Positions 10,355-20,193 of a stretch of 64,000 nt of DNA are shown in pieces. Each line of letters begins with the position of its first letter. Positions within the stretch are counted from its first letter, which is position 1. A program made the position numbers and the translations under genes. Source of the stretch: a virus (Duplodnaviria > Caudoviricetes); the IMG/VR virus record IMGVR_UViG_2724679353_000001, positions 1 to 64,000 of that record. One strand, given 5' to 3'. The notes below the pieces were generated by a model. The model worked only from the letters and a program-made list of their open reading frames with translations, did not search any database and had not been told where the DNA came from.

Positions 10355-10533
10355 TTATCGGATCTCCACTTGTCTATTTTCGCCTGGTTCTCAGCCTCCA
10401 GATCGAGGTAATCATTCAACAATGCGATATCGAGTAAGTCGATATTCCCGCTTTTGATTTCCCCCATGGTCGTGAGCTGATGCTTTACCGGGCGCAAGAT
10501 AAAATCCTCCCCACCCGGCAACGTATCCAGCAT
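10351..10533 (-). CDS. Tail assembly chaperone C-terminal ORF (lambda gpT-like)
   Basis: In the -1 frame of the upstream chaperone, just before the tape measure gene. Confidence 0.65.
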   Translation of the reverse strand: MLDTLPGGEDFILRPVKHQLTTMGEIKSGNIDLLDIALLNDYLDLEAENQAKIDKWRSDK

Positions 10534-10931
10534 TAAGCCGCTGGCGGTTCCGCTGGTGCGCTCTCTTGGAGTTCGTGCAAAAAATTTCCCATTGAATCAC
10601 CCACCACCCGACCGACGATTTGCAACATAGCCATCAGATCAATGTCATCAAACATCAGTTCGCCGCCAGTAAAGATCGGGTTATAGGCTTTGCCGTGCTT
10701 GCGTGTCACTATCGCCAAACAAGGGTGAATAATGGCGTTGCAGTCCTCGTCGCTGATATCGGAAAGTGACTGGGCGATACTGGGTAACGCCGTTTCAATC
10801 GTCACGGTACCGATTCGCAAATCTTTGAGGATGCCCGCCAGCAAAGGCAGCAACTTACGAGACACTTTCAACTGCGCAAATACGTCGAGTTTCTGAGAGC
10901 GGTACTCGATACCTTTAATCGTAAATTCCAT
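10533..10931 (-). CDS. Tail assembly chaperone (lambda gpG-like)
   Basis: Between tube and tape measure genes; slippery sequence near its 3' end. Confidence 0.75.
   Translation of the reverse strand: MEFTIKGIEYRSQKLDVFAQLKVSRKLLPLLAGILKDLRIGTVTIETALPSIAQSLSDISDEDCNAIIHPCLAIVTRKHGKAYNPIFTGGELMFDDIDLMAMLQIVGRVVGDSMGNFLHELQESAPAEPPAA
10578..10590 (-). other. Programmed -1 ribosomal frameshift site
   Basis: G GGA AAT TTT TTG in phase; the -1 frame is open into ORF 10351-10533. Confidence 0.7.
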
Positions 10932-10941
10932 TAATTACCCC

Positions 10942-11385
10942 TTAAAAAGTACCCAGCAGTTGGTCAGCCTTAATGACATCAAATACCCACGGCACCAGTG
11001 CGCCGTCTTTAGCATTATTGAAATCTGGCTGCTTTTGAAACGCACAGCCGCGCGCAGCTAATGTGTCACCGCTGGCAGTATTGCGAATAAGAATGATGTT
11101 ATTACCCCATGTCGCGCTCGATTGAGATTGCGTGTTATACATGACTGATAATTTTCGATTAACCGGGCTGGTTTTCAGTAAGTTAACTGTCACTGTTCCG
11201 CCGTTCCCCGCGTGGAGGCTATGCATGCCCTCTCCATCTGCACCAATAGTCATGGTGTTTTTATTCTCAACCATTGATACGGTTATGCCTTCCTCGGCGA
11301 CGGCGGCGCCATAACCCAGATCGAATGAACCGCCCACACCAGTAATAGAAGCGGTAATGTCCATAAAGCTATAAGTGTTTGACAT
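10942..11385 (-). CDS. Tail tube protein (DUF3277-like)
   Basis: 147 aa after sheath; IGADGEGMHS motif. Confidence 0.8.
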   Translation of the reverse strand: MSNTYSFMDITASITGVGGSFDLGYGAAVAEEGITVSMVENKNTMTIGADGEGMHSLHAGNGGTVTVNLLKTSPVNRKLSVMYNTQSQSSATWGNNIILIRNTASGDTLAARGCAFQKQPDFNNAKDGALVPWVFDVIKADQLLGTF

Positions 11386-11396
11386 TTATCAGTTCC

Positions 11397-12872
11397 TTAG
11401 CGGTTAACATTGATAATGACATCGGCGTAATGAACGGCGCCGGCCAGTTTGATTGCACACTGCATCACCGGCGCTTTACGCCCTTCACGGTCAGCCTGCG
11501 CCTGTGATGCCACTGGCGGTGCGTAGACGTAATAACCCTTGGTCAGAGTGTCGCCGGTTTCCAGCACGCCGAAGCTATCACCGCCCCACACACCCGGAGC
11601 CACCAGCGCATTAGTCACCGACTGATCAAATGATTTCTCTACATTGGTCAGTAAGCGAGTTACACCGGCGTCTGTCTGTGGAATTTTGGTGGTGCTGGTA
11701 TACAGCAGGTTATAAAGGTTGTTCTGTACGTAGTTCTGCAACCAATCGAGGCCGTGGCGCTCATCGAAGAAATCACCATTGCACATCACACCTTCCTGAA
11801 TAATGGCCGTGTCGTTGTCGTAATTGACAAACACATTGCAATTCTTCGCTTTCAGCGCATTGGCTTGCGACTGGGTAAGTGATTCGGCAGTAATGCCAGG
11901 CTGTTGTTTAAACTTCAGCGTGATGGTGGTGTTATTGCCGTTAAAATTCACGGTAAAGGCACGACCAAAGATAGAGGCGACAGCGTACGGGCTTGCACTG
12001 GAATACTGCACCAACGTACGAGCATAGTTCGCAGCCTTAAGCTTACTGGCGATATCGGTATCAATATCCGCATCCAGCGCCGGAGTCACTTGCGTGGTGT
12101 GTCCGTAAATCCGCGAAACATCATCACTCTGGATAAACGAGGCAATACTGATCACGTCTGTATCGCTTAATGATGGGTCGGCAATAACCAGCCCATACCA
12201 GCGGGTAGACATGTCAGCCAATTTATAAATGCATGCCTGAATAGTTTCACTCGCCAAACCTTGAACCGGCAGCGCACCAGCGCTCTCAATCAATCCCATC
12301 AGTACAGAAATATCGGTACCGGTGGTATTGGCAGAACCATAACCAACCGCCGATGCTGCACCCGTGGTTTTGGATGTGATGATGAAGCGAGAACCATTCC
12401 AGATAACGGTTGCAGTGGTGAGTTTGTCAGCCACGCGCGCGGCAACACCGTTTAGATTGGTTTCCGCTGACCAGTCAACACCGGTTACTGTCTTGACCGT
12501 GCCATCTACCGTGATTTTCATCGAACCATCTACCACGGCGGTAAAGTTAGCCATAAGCTGCTGAGTTGGGTTCAAAATCGCCCCCCGCAACAGTCCGGCT
12601 GCATCCTCTCTCACCCAGCGGCCGACATAGGAATCAATCGGTTGTGGGGATTGCTGATAATACAAATTAGCGGCTTTATACTCGGGCGCATCCAGACCAA
12701 AGTCAGATGCGATATCTGTCGCGCTTGAATAGCTGCGCAGACGTTCGTGAGCATCGATAACAGGCGACGGGCCAACCACCAGCAGGGAACCAAAGTTCCG
12801 CGCCATAGCAGCACGCACAGCCATATTCACCGTCACATTGACGATGTTAGAAACAGGTAATCCCTGCGACAT
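11397..12872 (-). CDS. Tail sheath protein (DUF3383-like)
   Basis: 491 aa; KIPQTDAG and LAGAVH motifs. Confidence 0.85.
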   Translation of the reverse strand: MSQGLPVSNIVNVTVNMAVRAAMARNFGSLLVVGPSPVIDAHERLRSYSSATDIASDFGLDAPEYKAANLYYQQSPQPIDSYVGRWVREDAAGLLRGAILNPTQQLMANFTAVVDGSMKITVDGTVKTVTGVDWSAETNLNGVAARVADKLTTATVIWNGSRFIITSKTTGAASAVGYGSANTTGTDISVLMGLIESAGALPVQGLASETIQACIYKLADMSTRWYGLVIADPSLSDTDVISIASFIQSDDVSRIYGHTTQVTPALDADIDTDIASKLKAANYARTLVQYSSASPYAVASIFGRAFTVNFNGNNTTITLKFKQQPGITAESLTQSQANALKAKNCNVFVNYDNDTAIIQEGVMCNGDFFDERHGLDWLQNYVQNNLYNLLYTSTTKIPQTDAGVTRLLTNVEKSFDQSVTNALVAPGVWGGDSFGVLETGDTLTKGYYVYAPPVASQAQADREGRKAPVMQCAIKLAGAVHYADVIINVNR

Positions 12873-12874
12873 GG

Positions 12875-13435
12875 TTATTCTCCGAAGAATTTAACGGGGG
12901 CGGAGGTCAGCGATTTAATGCCGTACTCGCGGATCACTTTGCGGCGCAGGATTACGGTAATGTCATACCGCCGTACCCACTGGTTATTGATGAGTTCGGG
13001 GACGTTATACATTTTCCCGCATTGCCAGAGCGTGAGGCCGAGGCGCTTTAGCTCATCATTGTTTTGTGAGATGAATATCCCGGCACGAAAGCGTGTAGCT
13101 GTTTGCTGCCCGGCTGGACCATAAAAACAACATAAAATATTTAGGCTTTCATGATCCCATTGCTGGCTGCTTTCCTCCCCCGCAATAAGGGCGGGGTAAG
13201 CGTCCTGATTAAAGTCCGATATGCTAAAGCCACACCAGGTGGTTCCGTTTTGGGGTATCTGCGTTTGTGGATCAGTCATACGGGGAAAAACCATCTTGGC
13301 CGGTAATCCTGAGACCGCCCTGATCCACCTACTGATTTCCCGCTCCAGTTCCTCATCGTAGAGAGGCGGCGGCCCTGTTGGTGTCAGGTAGCCCGCCGTT
13401 GTGCTGTCGTTACTCAATCGGCGTTCCTCCGTCAA
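12875..13435 (-). CDS. Tail terminator / neck protein
   Basis: Position before sheath; [13 protein letters not shown]. Confidence 0.65.
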   Translation of the reverse strand: MTEERRLSNDSTTAGYLTPTGPPPLYDEELEREISRWIRAVSGLPAKMVFPRMTDPQTQIPQNGTTWCGFSISDFNQDAYPALIAGEESSQQWDHESLNILCCFYGPAGQQTATRFRAGIFISQNNDELKRLGLTLWQCGKMYNVPELINNQWVRRYDITVILRRKVIREYGIKSLTSAPVKFFGE

Positions 13436-13796
13436 AGTCCATCAACTCGCAGTGGGCTTGGACAAACCCAGCACCATACGCGGTATAGGGATCGACAAAG
13501 GTCACTCGGTATTTTCTGCCTCGGTATGTAACCACGTCAGCATCAAGCCCTGGTTGCCCTTGGGTAAGCCGGAACTGAGTCACAATGAGAATGGCCCCGT
13601 TAATGTTCTGTCCCGCCTGCATGCGCTTGGCTTCCAGTGACCGGTCAACCGTCACAACACCGCTAAAAGGGGTATCCTGTGGTGTATTTGTCGTGAACCC
13701 ATCATCATCAACCGTTTGTAGTTGTCGATGGCATACCAGCGTGGTGTCTACGAAGTCCGGATCAAGAAGTACTTCTGTGACATCAAGAAATGGCAT
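13410..13796 (-). CDS. Head closure / head-tail adaptor
   Basis: Synteny; 128-aa beta-rich protein. Confidence 0.6.
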   Translation of the reverse strand: MPFLDVTEVLLDPDFVDTTLVCHRQLQTVDDDGFTTNTPQDTPFSGVVTVDRSLEAKRMQAGQNINGAILIVTQFRLTQGQPGLDADVVTYRGRKYRVTFVDPYTAYGAGFVQAHCELMDFDGGTPIE

Positions 13797-14302
13797 TACT
13801 TACTCCTTACAACGTAGGTGATTGAACGTAAAAGGAATCCATGAGCGTAGAGCGGTTTTTCACCGGGGATACCCTGCGCCCGTCTATTTTCGAGTGTTTT
13901 CTCTGATAGTGGATGCAGTCTGTCACCGTCTCCGATCACCTTTTTCGCCGCATCACGGGCAACCATCCCCGCCTTTTCCAATTCACGCTTAGCCGCATCC
14001 TGCTTACCCTCAAGTGCCAACTCTGCGGCGGCTTTCAGGTGTCCGGTAGTGATCTCCTGTGAATCTTCAATGCCCATATCCAAGAACGGGCGAGGCTCTA
14101 GTGTGACAGTCTGACCGCCAATCTGTATCGTGGCCCCTGTGGATTGCAGATAGCCAATTTCTGCGTTGTTCAGGGTTTCCCCTTCCTTTCGCGTCGCATT
14201 GGCCTCTGGAATTCCCACCAGCACATCCATTTTTGAAAGGGCGCGTAGAGAGGACAAAACAGACTCGGCATTGTCCTTTCTGACCTTAATCCCGCTTTTC
14301 AT
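13796..14302 (-). CDS. Neck / virion morphogenesis protein
   Basis: VLVGIP, NAEIG, PRPFL and LLRSITY motifs; start MKSGIK. Confidence 0.65.
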   Translation of the reverse strand: MKSGIKVRKDNAESVLSSLRALSKMDVLVGIPEANATRKEGETLNNAEIGYLQSTGATIQIGGQTVTLEPRPFLDMGIEDSQEITTGHLKAAAELALEGKQDAAKRELEKAGMVARDAAKKVIGDGDRLHPLSEKTLENRRAQGIPGEKPLYAHGFLLRSITYVVRSK

Positions 14303-14706
14303 AGGATTTGCCTTCCACCCGCGCCAAACATCGACCACCACCAGAAAAACTCGCGGCCATAATCGGTGTTATTCCAAAAACCGGCGTCAGGATTAATGAT
14401 GCCTGAGACGTCATAGCTGACGCTGACCTTATCAACCGACTTGGATGTCGCCACACCACCACCGGAGGTATTTACGCCCCCCAGTGCTGCTGATGCTGTG
14501 CGCTTACCTCGTAATTCAACGTAATGCGCCGTCATTAACTCAGCCAGATAGACAAACTTATCCCCAAACCTATCTTGATCCAGAAGGTCATCAGCCATGC
14601 TGAGGTAAAAGTTTATTGAGGTGTTGGGGTAGCGGGTTTCGTCAGTAAATTCGGGGAAACTGGCGCGGAACTGATCACTTGTTGGCAGTAGACTGTTTCT
14701 TGGCAT
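14299..14706 (-). CDS. Head-tail connector (DUF4054-like)
   Basis: FRASFPEF...WNNTDYG motifs. Confidence 0.75.
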   Translation of the reverse strand: MPRNSLLPTSDQFRASFPEFTDETRYPNTSINFYLSMADDLLDQDRFGDKFVYLAELMTAHYVELRGKRTASAALGGVNTSGGGVATSKSVDKVSVSYDVSGIINPDAGFWNNTDYGREFFWWWSMFGAGGRQIL

Positions 14707-15058
14707 TTGCGGATTCCTTCACGGCTTCTGCTGTCGCCTCATCGCCGTCACCTGATGTGGGTTCGCTAACGGTTAGGCTTAATACCTGTGCTTTCAGACT
14801 GGTGATTTCGTCGTCCTTTTCTGCCACCTGTGCTTTCAGACTGGTGATTTCGTCGTCAAGCAATTTGACTCGCGCAACCAGATCGAGGTTTTCTACCTCT
14901 TTAGCAAGGTCGGATTCATCGAGCGGTTTGGCATAGGCGCTAAATGCCCAGTGTTTTTTCACCTCGTCAGAAAATCCATCGTGGATGCCGGGGGTTAATG
15001 TGTAATTAGAACCATCAGCTAGGTTAAGAACCGAATGACCCGATACGATATATTTCAT
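14675..15058 (-). CDS. Small coiled-coil protein after the capsid gene
   Basis: Start MKYIVS; duplicated DDEITSLKAQV. Confidence 0.65.
   Translation of the reverse strand: MKYIVSGHSVLNLADGSNYTLTPGIHDGFSDEVKKHWAFSAYAKPLDESDLAKEVENLDLVARVKLLDDEITSLKAQVAEKDDEITSLKAQVLSLTVSEPTSGDGDEATAEAVKESANAKKQSTANK
14784..14857. repeat. 32-bp perfect direct repeat with 42-bp period
   Basis: ACCTGTGCTTTCAGACTGGTGATTTCGTCGTC at 14784 and 14826. Confidence 0.9.
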
Positions 15059-15096
15059 TTCAATACTCCATGAAAGGCGGGTTTCCCCGCCACAAA

Positions 15097-16044
15097 TCAA
15101 GCTGCTGGGACATCCAGGTAAGCGATGGTGTTCGAATATGGAGTTTCAACTTGCCCCAACTTGCCGTAGTACACAGTAAGCTGTTGCATACCACGATACT
15201 CAAGTGGGGTGCTCAGCAGCGGAACCATTGGGAAACGAATATATTTTTCGTCTTGTGTGTACGCAACGATACGATTAGCGCCACCAGCGCCACGGCCATT
15301 GGCAAATTTCATGGAGACGATCTCCAGCGGAACCCCGTTTTCTTGGAACGCGATGGTGTTGATTTTCACGTATTCAAGAACAGAGATATTCCCTGCGGAA
15401 GAAACCTTTTTGCTTGCCAGTAACCCGAATAAAGCCGGGGCCAGACCCAACTTGCTCGGGCAGACCGCATAACCAGACCGCACCCATCCGTCAGTAAGTA
15501 CCAGGTTAATATCCTGAACAATCACATCTGGATCGGTCGTTGCAGTCCAGGGCGCAGCAGCAGAAATAGCAGCGATGGATGGAAGGTTTAACAACCCCGG
15601 AACACCGATTTCTGTATCACCAATATAAACCTGCTCATCAGTGTCCATGTTCCATTTAAGGCGCATCCCTTCATACTTCTGCGTATCAACTGGACGCCCA
15701 ACCTGTTGCGCTGAGGCGAGTTCCAAAACAGTCCAACTCACCTCTTGCCCCCATGGGGTTAGATTGTTACGTGTTGGAGTGATATCAAGATTCATGCCCG
15801 GAATAGCGGTTGAGTTTTTCCCCAGCCAGTTTTTACCGGTCGGATTTGGCCCACCCACGCTAGCAAAGTCGGTGTTGGTGAAAGATGAAACTTCATCAGC
15901 GATAGAGATATCACTGCGTAAAGGCATGTCACGCGACCACTTCACAGAGGTTAGTGGCATGTTCAGTGTTTGATCCATGCGCTCCAGTTCGCCAATCAGG
16001 AACGTACCGGATGAATCGATAGTAGCTCGGTCAATTGTAAACAT
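15097..16044 (-). CDS. Major capsid protein (DUF2184-like)
   Basis: 315 aa; YIGD...PGLLN motif; synteny. Confidence 0.85.
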   Translation of the reverse strand: MFTIDRATIDSSGTFLIGELERMDQTLNMPLTSVKWSRDMPLRSDISIADEVSSFTNTDFASVGGPNPTGKNWLGKNSTAIPGMNLDITPTRNNLTPWGQEVSWTVLELASAQQVGRPVDTQKYEGMRLKWNMDTDEQVYIGDTEIGVPGLLNLPSIAAISAAAPWTATTDPDVIVQDINLVLTDGWVRSGYAVCPSKLGLAPALFGLLASKKVSSAGNISVLEYVKINTIAFQENGVPLEIVSMKFANGRGAGGANRIVAYTQDEKYIRFPMVPLLSTPLEYRGMQQLTVYYGKLGQVETPYSNTIAYLDVPAA

Positions 16045-16054
16045 TAATTATTCC

Positions 16055-16558
16055 TCAAATATTGAAGGCGATTTCAAGACGCCCATCAGCATCACCCGGC
16101 CCCATCGCCTCTGCGGTAGTCAGTTGCGGTGTGTTTGTGTCGGTTGCATCCTGAACAAGAACAAAAGAACCAACCGGGCTTTGTGTGGTGCCAGCCGCAA
16201 CACGCACATAAATTGGTGCGCCTTTTTTGGCAGTAGTAGCGTTACCCGCAGTGATCTTCACGCAGACATAACCACGCTTCAGATTATCGCCGACTGGGTT
16301 TGCGTTAACTTTGAGATACGCAAGGTCAGCTTGAGAGGTGATCGGGAAGGGGCGAATAAAAATACCTTTCACCAGATCAATAGTGTCACCACTTTCAAGC
16401 GGGACAAATTTATCGTCCACGTATTTACCCGATAACCCGTAGTCGCTAAACACCTTTTGGTTATTCAGCGTTACCGGCTCGATGGTCGATTCACGAGGAC
16501 GAGTGACTGCCCCGGCAATGCCCATAGGCATCCGGTATGTATAAGCATTTCCAGACAT
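16055..16558 (-). CDS. Capsid decoration / cement protein
   Basis: Between protease-scaffold and capsid genes. Confidence 0.65.
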   Translation of the reverse strand: MSGNAYTYRMPMGIAGAVTRPRESTIEPVTLNNQKVFSDYGLSGKYVDDKFVPLESGDTIDLVKGIFIRPFPITSQADLAYLKVNANPVGDNLKRGYVCVKITAGNATTAKKGAPIYVRVAAGTTQSPVGSFVLVQDATDTNTPQLTTAEAMGPGDADGRLEIAFNI

Positions 16559-16568
16559 GTTTATTACC

Positions 16569-17834
16569 TTATTTGTTTTTGGCCCAGTGAGCAGCGTAGA
16601 TTTTATTCAGCTCTGCCGGAGAGGCGTGTTTTGTATTAACCGCACCGTCTACCGTGTGAAGTGACTGTGGAGTGATTTGGTTTTTAGCTTTATTCAAAGC
16701 TGCCGCGCCATTGAAAACTGCATCTACAGTGGCTTTCGGTACCTTGGCGTAATCCTGAATGCCAAACGATTTCAAGTAGGCGCTATCACCCGTACGGATC
16801 GCGTTGTTCAACACCTGACGTTTCAATCCTTTATCACCCGTTGGTTTGAAACCAGGACAAATAATTTCAGCATCAGAGATGATATTTCGGCGATAGGCAG
16901 CATCAGCGGTGACTTTCGCGTCCTCTTCCTTATCTTCATCAGCCGTTAACACGTCAGGATCGGGTTCTGAATCCGTGGTTTTCCCTTCCAGCGCAGCAAT
17001 ACGTGCAATTAAAGCCTGCGCCCATGCGGGAACATCTTCATCACCCGTTTTGTTCTCGGGTTCAGGTGCGTTGTCCGTAGTGGTGCGTTCTGTTACGGGT
17101 AGCGCTGTAGCCTGTGACGGTACGTTAATGTTAATGGTGTGACCGGGGATTGAATTCATGCCATCAGAAGGCATATCCGGCGCTTCGTCGATAAGCTGTT
17201 GTAACGCAGCTTCATCTTTGGTTTTAATGGCTTTCGCCAGATTCTTAAGCCATGACATTGTAGGCTTCTCCTTTTTGATGTTTGGGGCTGAATCCCCGAT
17301 AGCACAACGGACACCGGCCCGACCGCGTGGAATGCCAGCAGCCAGGTGGTTTCCTGTAATTTGGTATTGATTGCCCTTGCCAGGGGCGATTTGTTCATAC
17401 AGCGCGTCATAGCCACAACTGACATCGGTCAGCCCTGAATTAACGGCATCAATGGCTTCCTGACGCTTGATCAGCACGTCAGCCAGCAGCAGGTCTGATT
17501 TATCACCAGTACCTCTGCGTACGTTCTGAATGTGTCCGTGGGCCAGTTCAGAGAAGTTGGAAGGGTTAACGAAAACGATATTGCCCTCATCGTCCTCTGG
17601 ATGTCCCAGTGTTACTGCGACACCTTCAAAGCTGGCTATCGTCTCTGGCGCAAACACTTCATCTTCAGTGCGATACACCAAAACCGAACCATCCGGCCCC
17701 GGAATAAGATCAACCTCTTCCGGTCGGTACCTTTGTGTGCCTGTTCGCGCAATGGCTACGTCTTTGCATAGCAGTGAGCCGTCAGCCTGAAGAAATCGTG
17801 TATTACCCAGTTTGGCAGTGTAGAAATATCTCAT
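16569..17834 (-). CDS. Prohead protease-scaffold (DUF2213-like)
   Basis: IARTGTQ, VTLGHP, SCGYD and NHLA..RGRAG motifs; acidic C-terminal half. Confidence 0.8.
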   Translation of the reverse strand: MRYFYTAKLGNTRFLQADGSLLCKDVAIARTGTQRYRPEEVDLIPGPDGSVLVYRTEDEVFAPETIASFEGVAVTLGHPEDDEGNIVFVNPSNFSELAHGHIQNVRRGTGDKSDLLLADVLIKRQEAIDAVNSGLTDVSCGYDALYEQIAPGKGNQYQITGNHLAAGIPRGRAGVRCAIGDSAPNIKKEKPTMSWLKNLAKAIKTKDEAALQQLIDEAPDMPSDGMNSIPGHTININVPSQATALPVTERTTTDNAPEPENKTGDEDVPAWAQALIARIAALEGKTTDSEPDPDVLTADEDKEEDAKVTADAAYRRNIISDAEIICPGFKPTGDKGLKRQVLNNAIRTGDSAYLKSFGIQDYAKVPKATVDAVFNGAAALNKAKNQITPQSLHTVDGAVNTKHASPAELNKIYAAHWAKNK

Positions 17835-18095
17835 GTGTTACCTGCTAAATTACGGGCATAAAAAAAGCCGCCTAAGCGACCATCCAGAAAAAGATAATTG
17901 TGCTCATTTAGTGACTTTTTAACATAAAGACCCTTAAGCGCACCGGTGGAACACCTCTCACTCAGTTAGCGTGATGAGAGGGCCGAAAGTTGGTATTAAT
18001 TACCGAAAAATGGGGAGATTTCAGCGATAACATTTTGATAACAAATCGAGCTAATGAGTGTTGAATTAAATTCGATACCGTAAGCCGTATTTTCC

Positions 18096-18824
18096 TCATT
18101 TTCTCGGCGCTGGCACCTGCACCTCTGGATGACATTTACAATTAGGCAAACACCCTGCATGCCCCGTCATACCGTCAAGAGTGGGTGGATTAGCCCAGAG
18201 AACAAACTTATCTTTCATTTTTCGGTGAGACTTCCTTGTCCCTGCCCCCTCAATGCGCCACCAGTAACCCTCCGACCCTACAGCCAGAGCGCGGGCTTGT
18301 GTTAGAGCACCTGTGGCCCTGCCTATTTCGGTGCGTGCTATGAGTCTCGCACGGCTTGCAGCAACATCACCGGACTGCATGATCATCTCGTACAGTTCGT
18401 CTGGCCGCTCGCCATTAATCATTGCCTGAATAGCGCGATCCTGAATATCTTTTACCCGGTCGGCAGCTTCCAGCGGGAGTGACTTCATCAACTGGATTTG
18501 CCGATAGACAATATCCTGTGTCACATGACCTATGGGGGTGTTTCCCACCACATCGCGCAAACCTTCGGAAATCTGTTGCGATACAGATCGCCATTGCTGC
18601 CACTCTTCGCGCTCAACTTGCAAAAACATCTTTTGGGCTGCCAGAGCGGCCCAATCATCAATAATCTGAGAGTAGTCGATAAGATGAGAAGCAACCGTGT
18701 CAGCGCTTGCCTGGGAACCATCGTAAGAGCCAGTTACTATCTGGTTTATCTGGCTGACTATCCCCAGTAGGCTTTTGTTGTAGAGGATTTCCGAACGCCG
18801 GTGGAGCGCTGGTTTCAGGTTCAT
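18096..18824 (-). CDS. Minor head morphogenesis protein (SPP1 gp7 / Mu F-like)
   Basis: RARLIARTE and GCLPNCKC motifs; start MNLKPA. Confidence 0.85.
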   Translation of the reverse strand: MNLKPALHRRSEILYNKSLLGIVSQINQIVTGSYDGSQASADTVASHLIDYSQIIDDWAALAAQKMFLQVEREEWQQWRSVSQQISEGLRDVVGNTPIGHVTQDIVYRQIQLMKSLPLEAADRVKDIQDRAIQAMINGERPDELYEMIMQSGDVAASRARLIARTEIGRATGALTQARALAVGSEGYWWRIEGAGTRKSHRKMKDKFVLWANPPTLDGMTGHAGCLPNCKCHPEVQVPAPRK

Positions 18825-20169
18825 CCTCCGACCACTCTTTCTGCGCATTCTCGATGTCCTCATCTGTTATTGAGCCACCGATGCCGATCACATCTGACAG
18901 GTTGCGAAGGTCACTCAAAGCGGCTGAAGGTGACATGCCAACATCACGCACTGCTGTAGCCAGAGCGGTAGTGACATTGCTTGCCATGGTTGCGCGGTCA
19001 GTGTCCGACATTTCCCAGAGCTTGTTGAACTCGAATGAGAAATCATCGGGTAATGGCTCGCCAAATTGAGAGCGCCAGGTAATATCCAGCAACCAGCGAA
19101 TGTGACGCCGCAGCCGTCTCTCCTGAAGTGAATTAATCCGGCTGTAGTAGTTTTCCAAATCACCGTCACCCGTACTAAATCCCGATGGCGATTGACCAAA
19201 TAAGCGAACTAATGGGATACCCGTTGCGCCAGAAACTTGCTCAGCAAAACGAAGAATGACGTCAGCAATACCTGCGAATGAGTAACTGTGCGTTTCAAAC
19301 TTATCGCTAGCATCCATGATGGTCATGCCTTCGATGGTCTGAAATTCGCGGATCTTATCTAGGTGTGTCATTATCGCTTTTTCAAGGTCACCACCCGCCG
19401 CCAGCGCCTTTCTTAACCCATCAATACTGTATGTGCGTAAGTGTGCTTTATGGATGAGTTGCGTAGTGCCTGCTGTAGCGGTATCAAACGCCTGGATACG
19501 TTCGAAGATGCGCTCAATAACCGACATTCCCCACCCGTTTTCTGTTATGGACTGCTGGAATGGTAGTGTGTCGCCCTCCATCCGAATGATGCGGGAATAA
19601 TGAATCTTCCAGTTGGGTATCCCCTGCTGGCTTGTGACTGTTTTATAGAACCTTGGCTTGCCGAAGTGAGGCCCATACTCTTTTACCAAATCGTTATATG
19701 TAGGCTTGACCATCCAGCGATCAAGGCACATCACACCCTTAAACTGATCTTTAGTGATGGTGTCCAAATTCAGCAGCGTTGACATGTCTTGACCGTCAAT
19801 CATTACCACCAAGAACGCGCCGCCATAGAGCCGAGACCATTTGATTGTGTCGTTCAACCCATCCCAAATAGCGGCTGAATCCCAAAAATTTTCGACTTTC
19901 CCTTTCTGTCCCGGCTGGAGTTTTGAGTTGATATTGATCCCCTTTCGGGTCATATCATCAGCAATAGCATCAACTGCGGCCCCAACCAGAAATGATGAGC
20001 GGTAAGCAAATTCCAGTATCACTCTATTGCGAGTGATGTATCCAGGAACATAGGTTCCCGCTGACTGGATGTTTTGCGTTTGAGCACCAATCTTTGCAGT
20101 AAAATTATTGTACCCGTCAGTAGTCCTAACGGGCTTACTCGCGCCGTTTCGGCGATTCTTACGGGCCAT
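18700..20169 (-). CDS. Portal protein (DUF1073-like)
   Basis: After terminase; WSRLYGG and GIPLVRLFGQSPSG motifs. Confidence 0.85.
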   Translation of the reverse strand: MARKNRRNGASKPVRTTDGYNNFTAKIGAQTQNIQSAGTYVPGYITRNRVILEFAYRSSFLVGAAVDAIADDMTRKGININSKLQPGQKGKVENFWDSAAIWDGLNDTIKWSRLYGGAFLVVMIDGQDMSTLLNLDTITKDQFKGVMCLDRWMVKPTYNDLVKEYGPHFGKPRFYKTVTSQQGIPNWKIHYSRIIRMEGDTLPFQQSITENGWGMSVIERIFERIQAFDTATAGTTQLIHKAHLRTYSIDGLRKALAAGGDLEKAIMTHLDKIREFQTIEGMTIMDASDKFETHSYSFAGIADVILRFAEQVSGATGIPLVRLFGQSPSGFSTGDGDLENYYSRINSLQERRLRRHIRWLLDITWRSQFGEPLPDDFSFEFNKLWEMSDTDRATMASNVTTALATAVRDVGMSPSAALSDLRNLSDVIGIGGSITDEDIENAQKEWSEDEPETSAPPAFGNPLQQKPTGDSQPDKPDSNWLLRWFPGKR

Positions 20170-20193
20170 ATTTCCTCACAGAACATTTTCGAT

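Noticed and set aside
14784-14857. CRISPR-like repeat
   Set aside because: Only two copies, 10-bp gap, in-frame coiled-coil duplication; no cas genes in the window.
18700-20169. Anti-CBASS Acb1 (a label sometimes given to DUF1073 proteins)
   Set aside because: Size, motifs and position after terL indicate a plain portal; no separate phosphodiesterase domain is evident.
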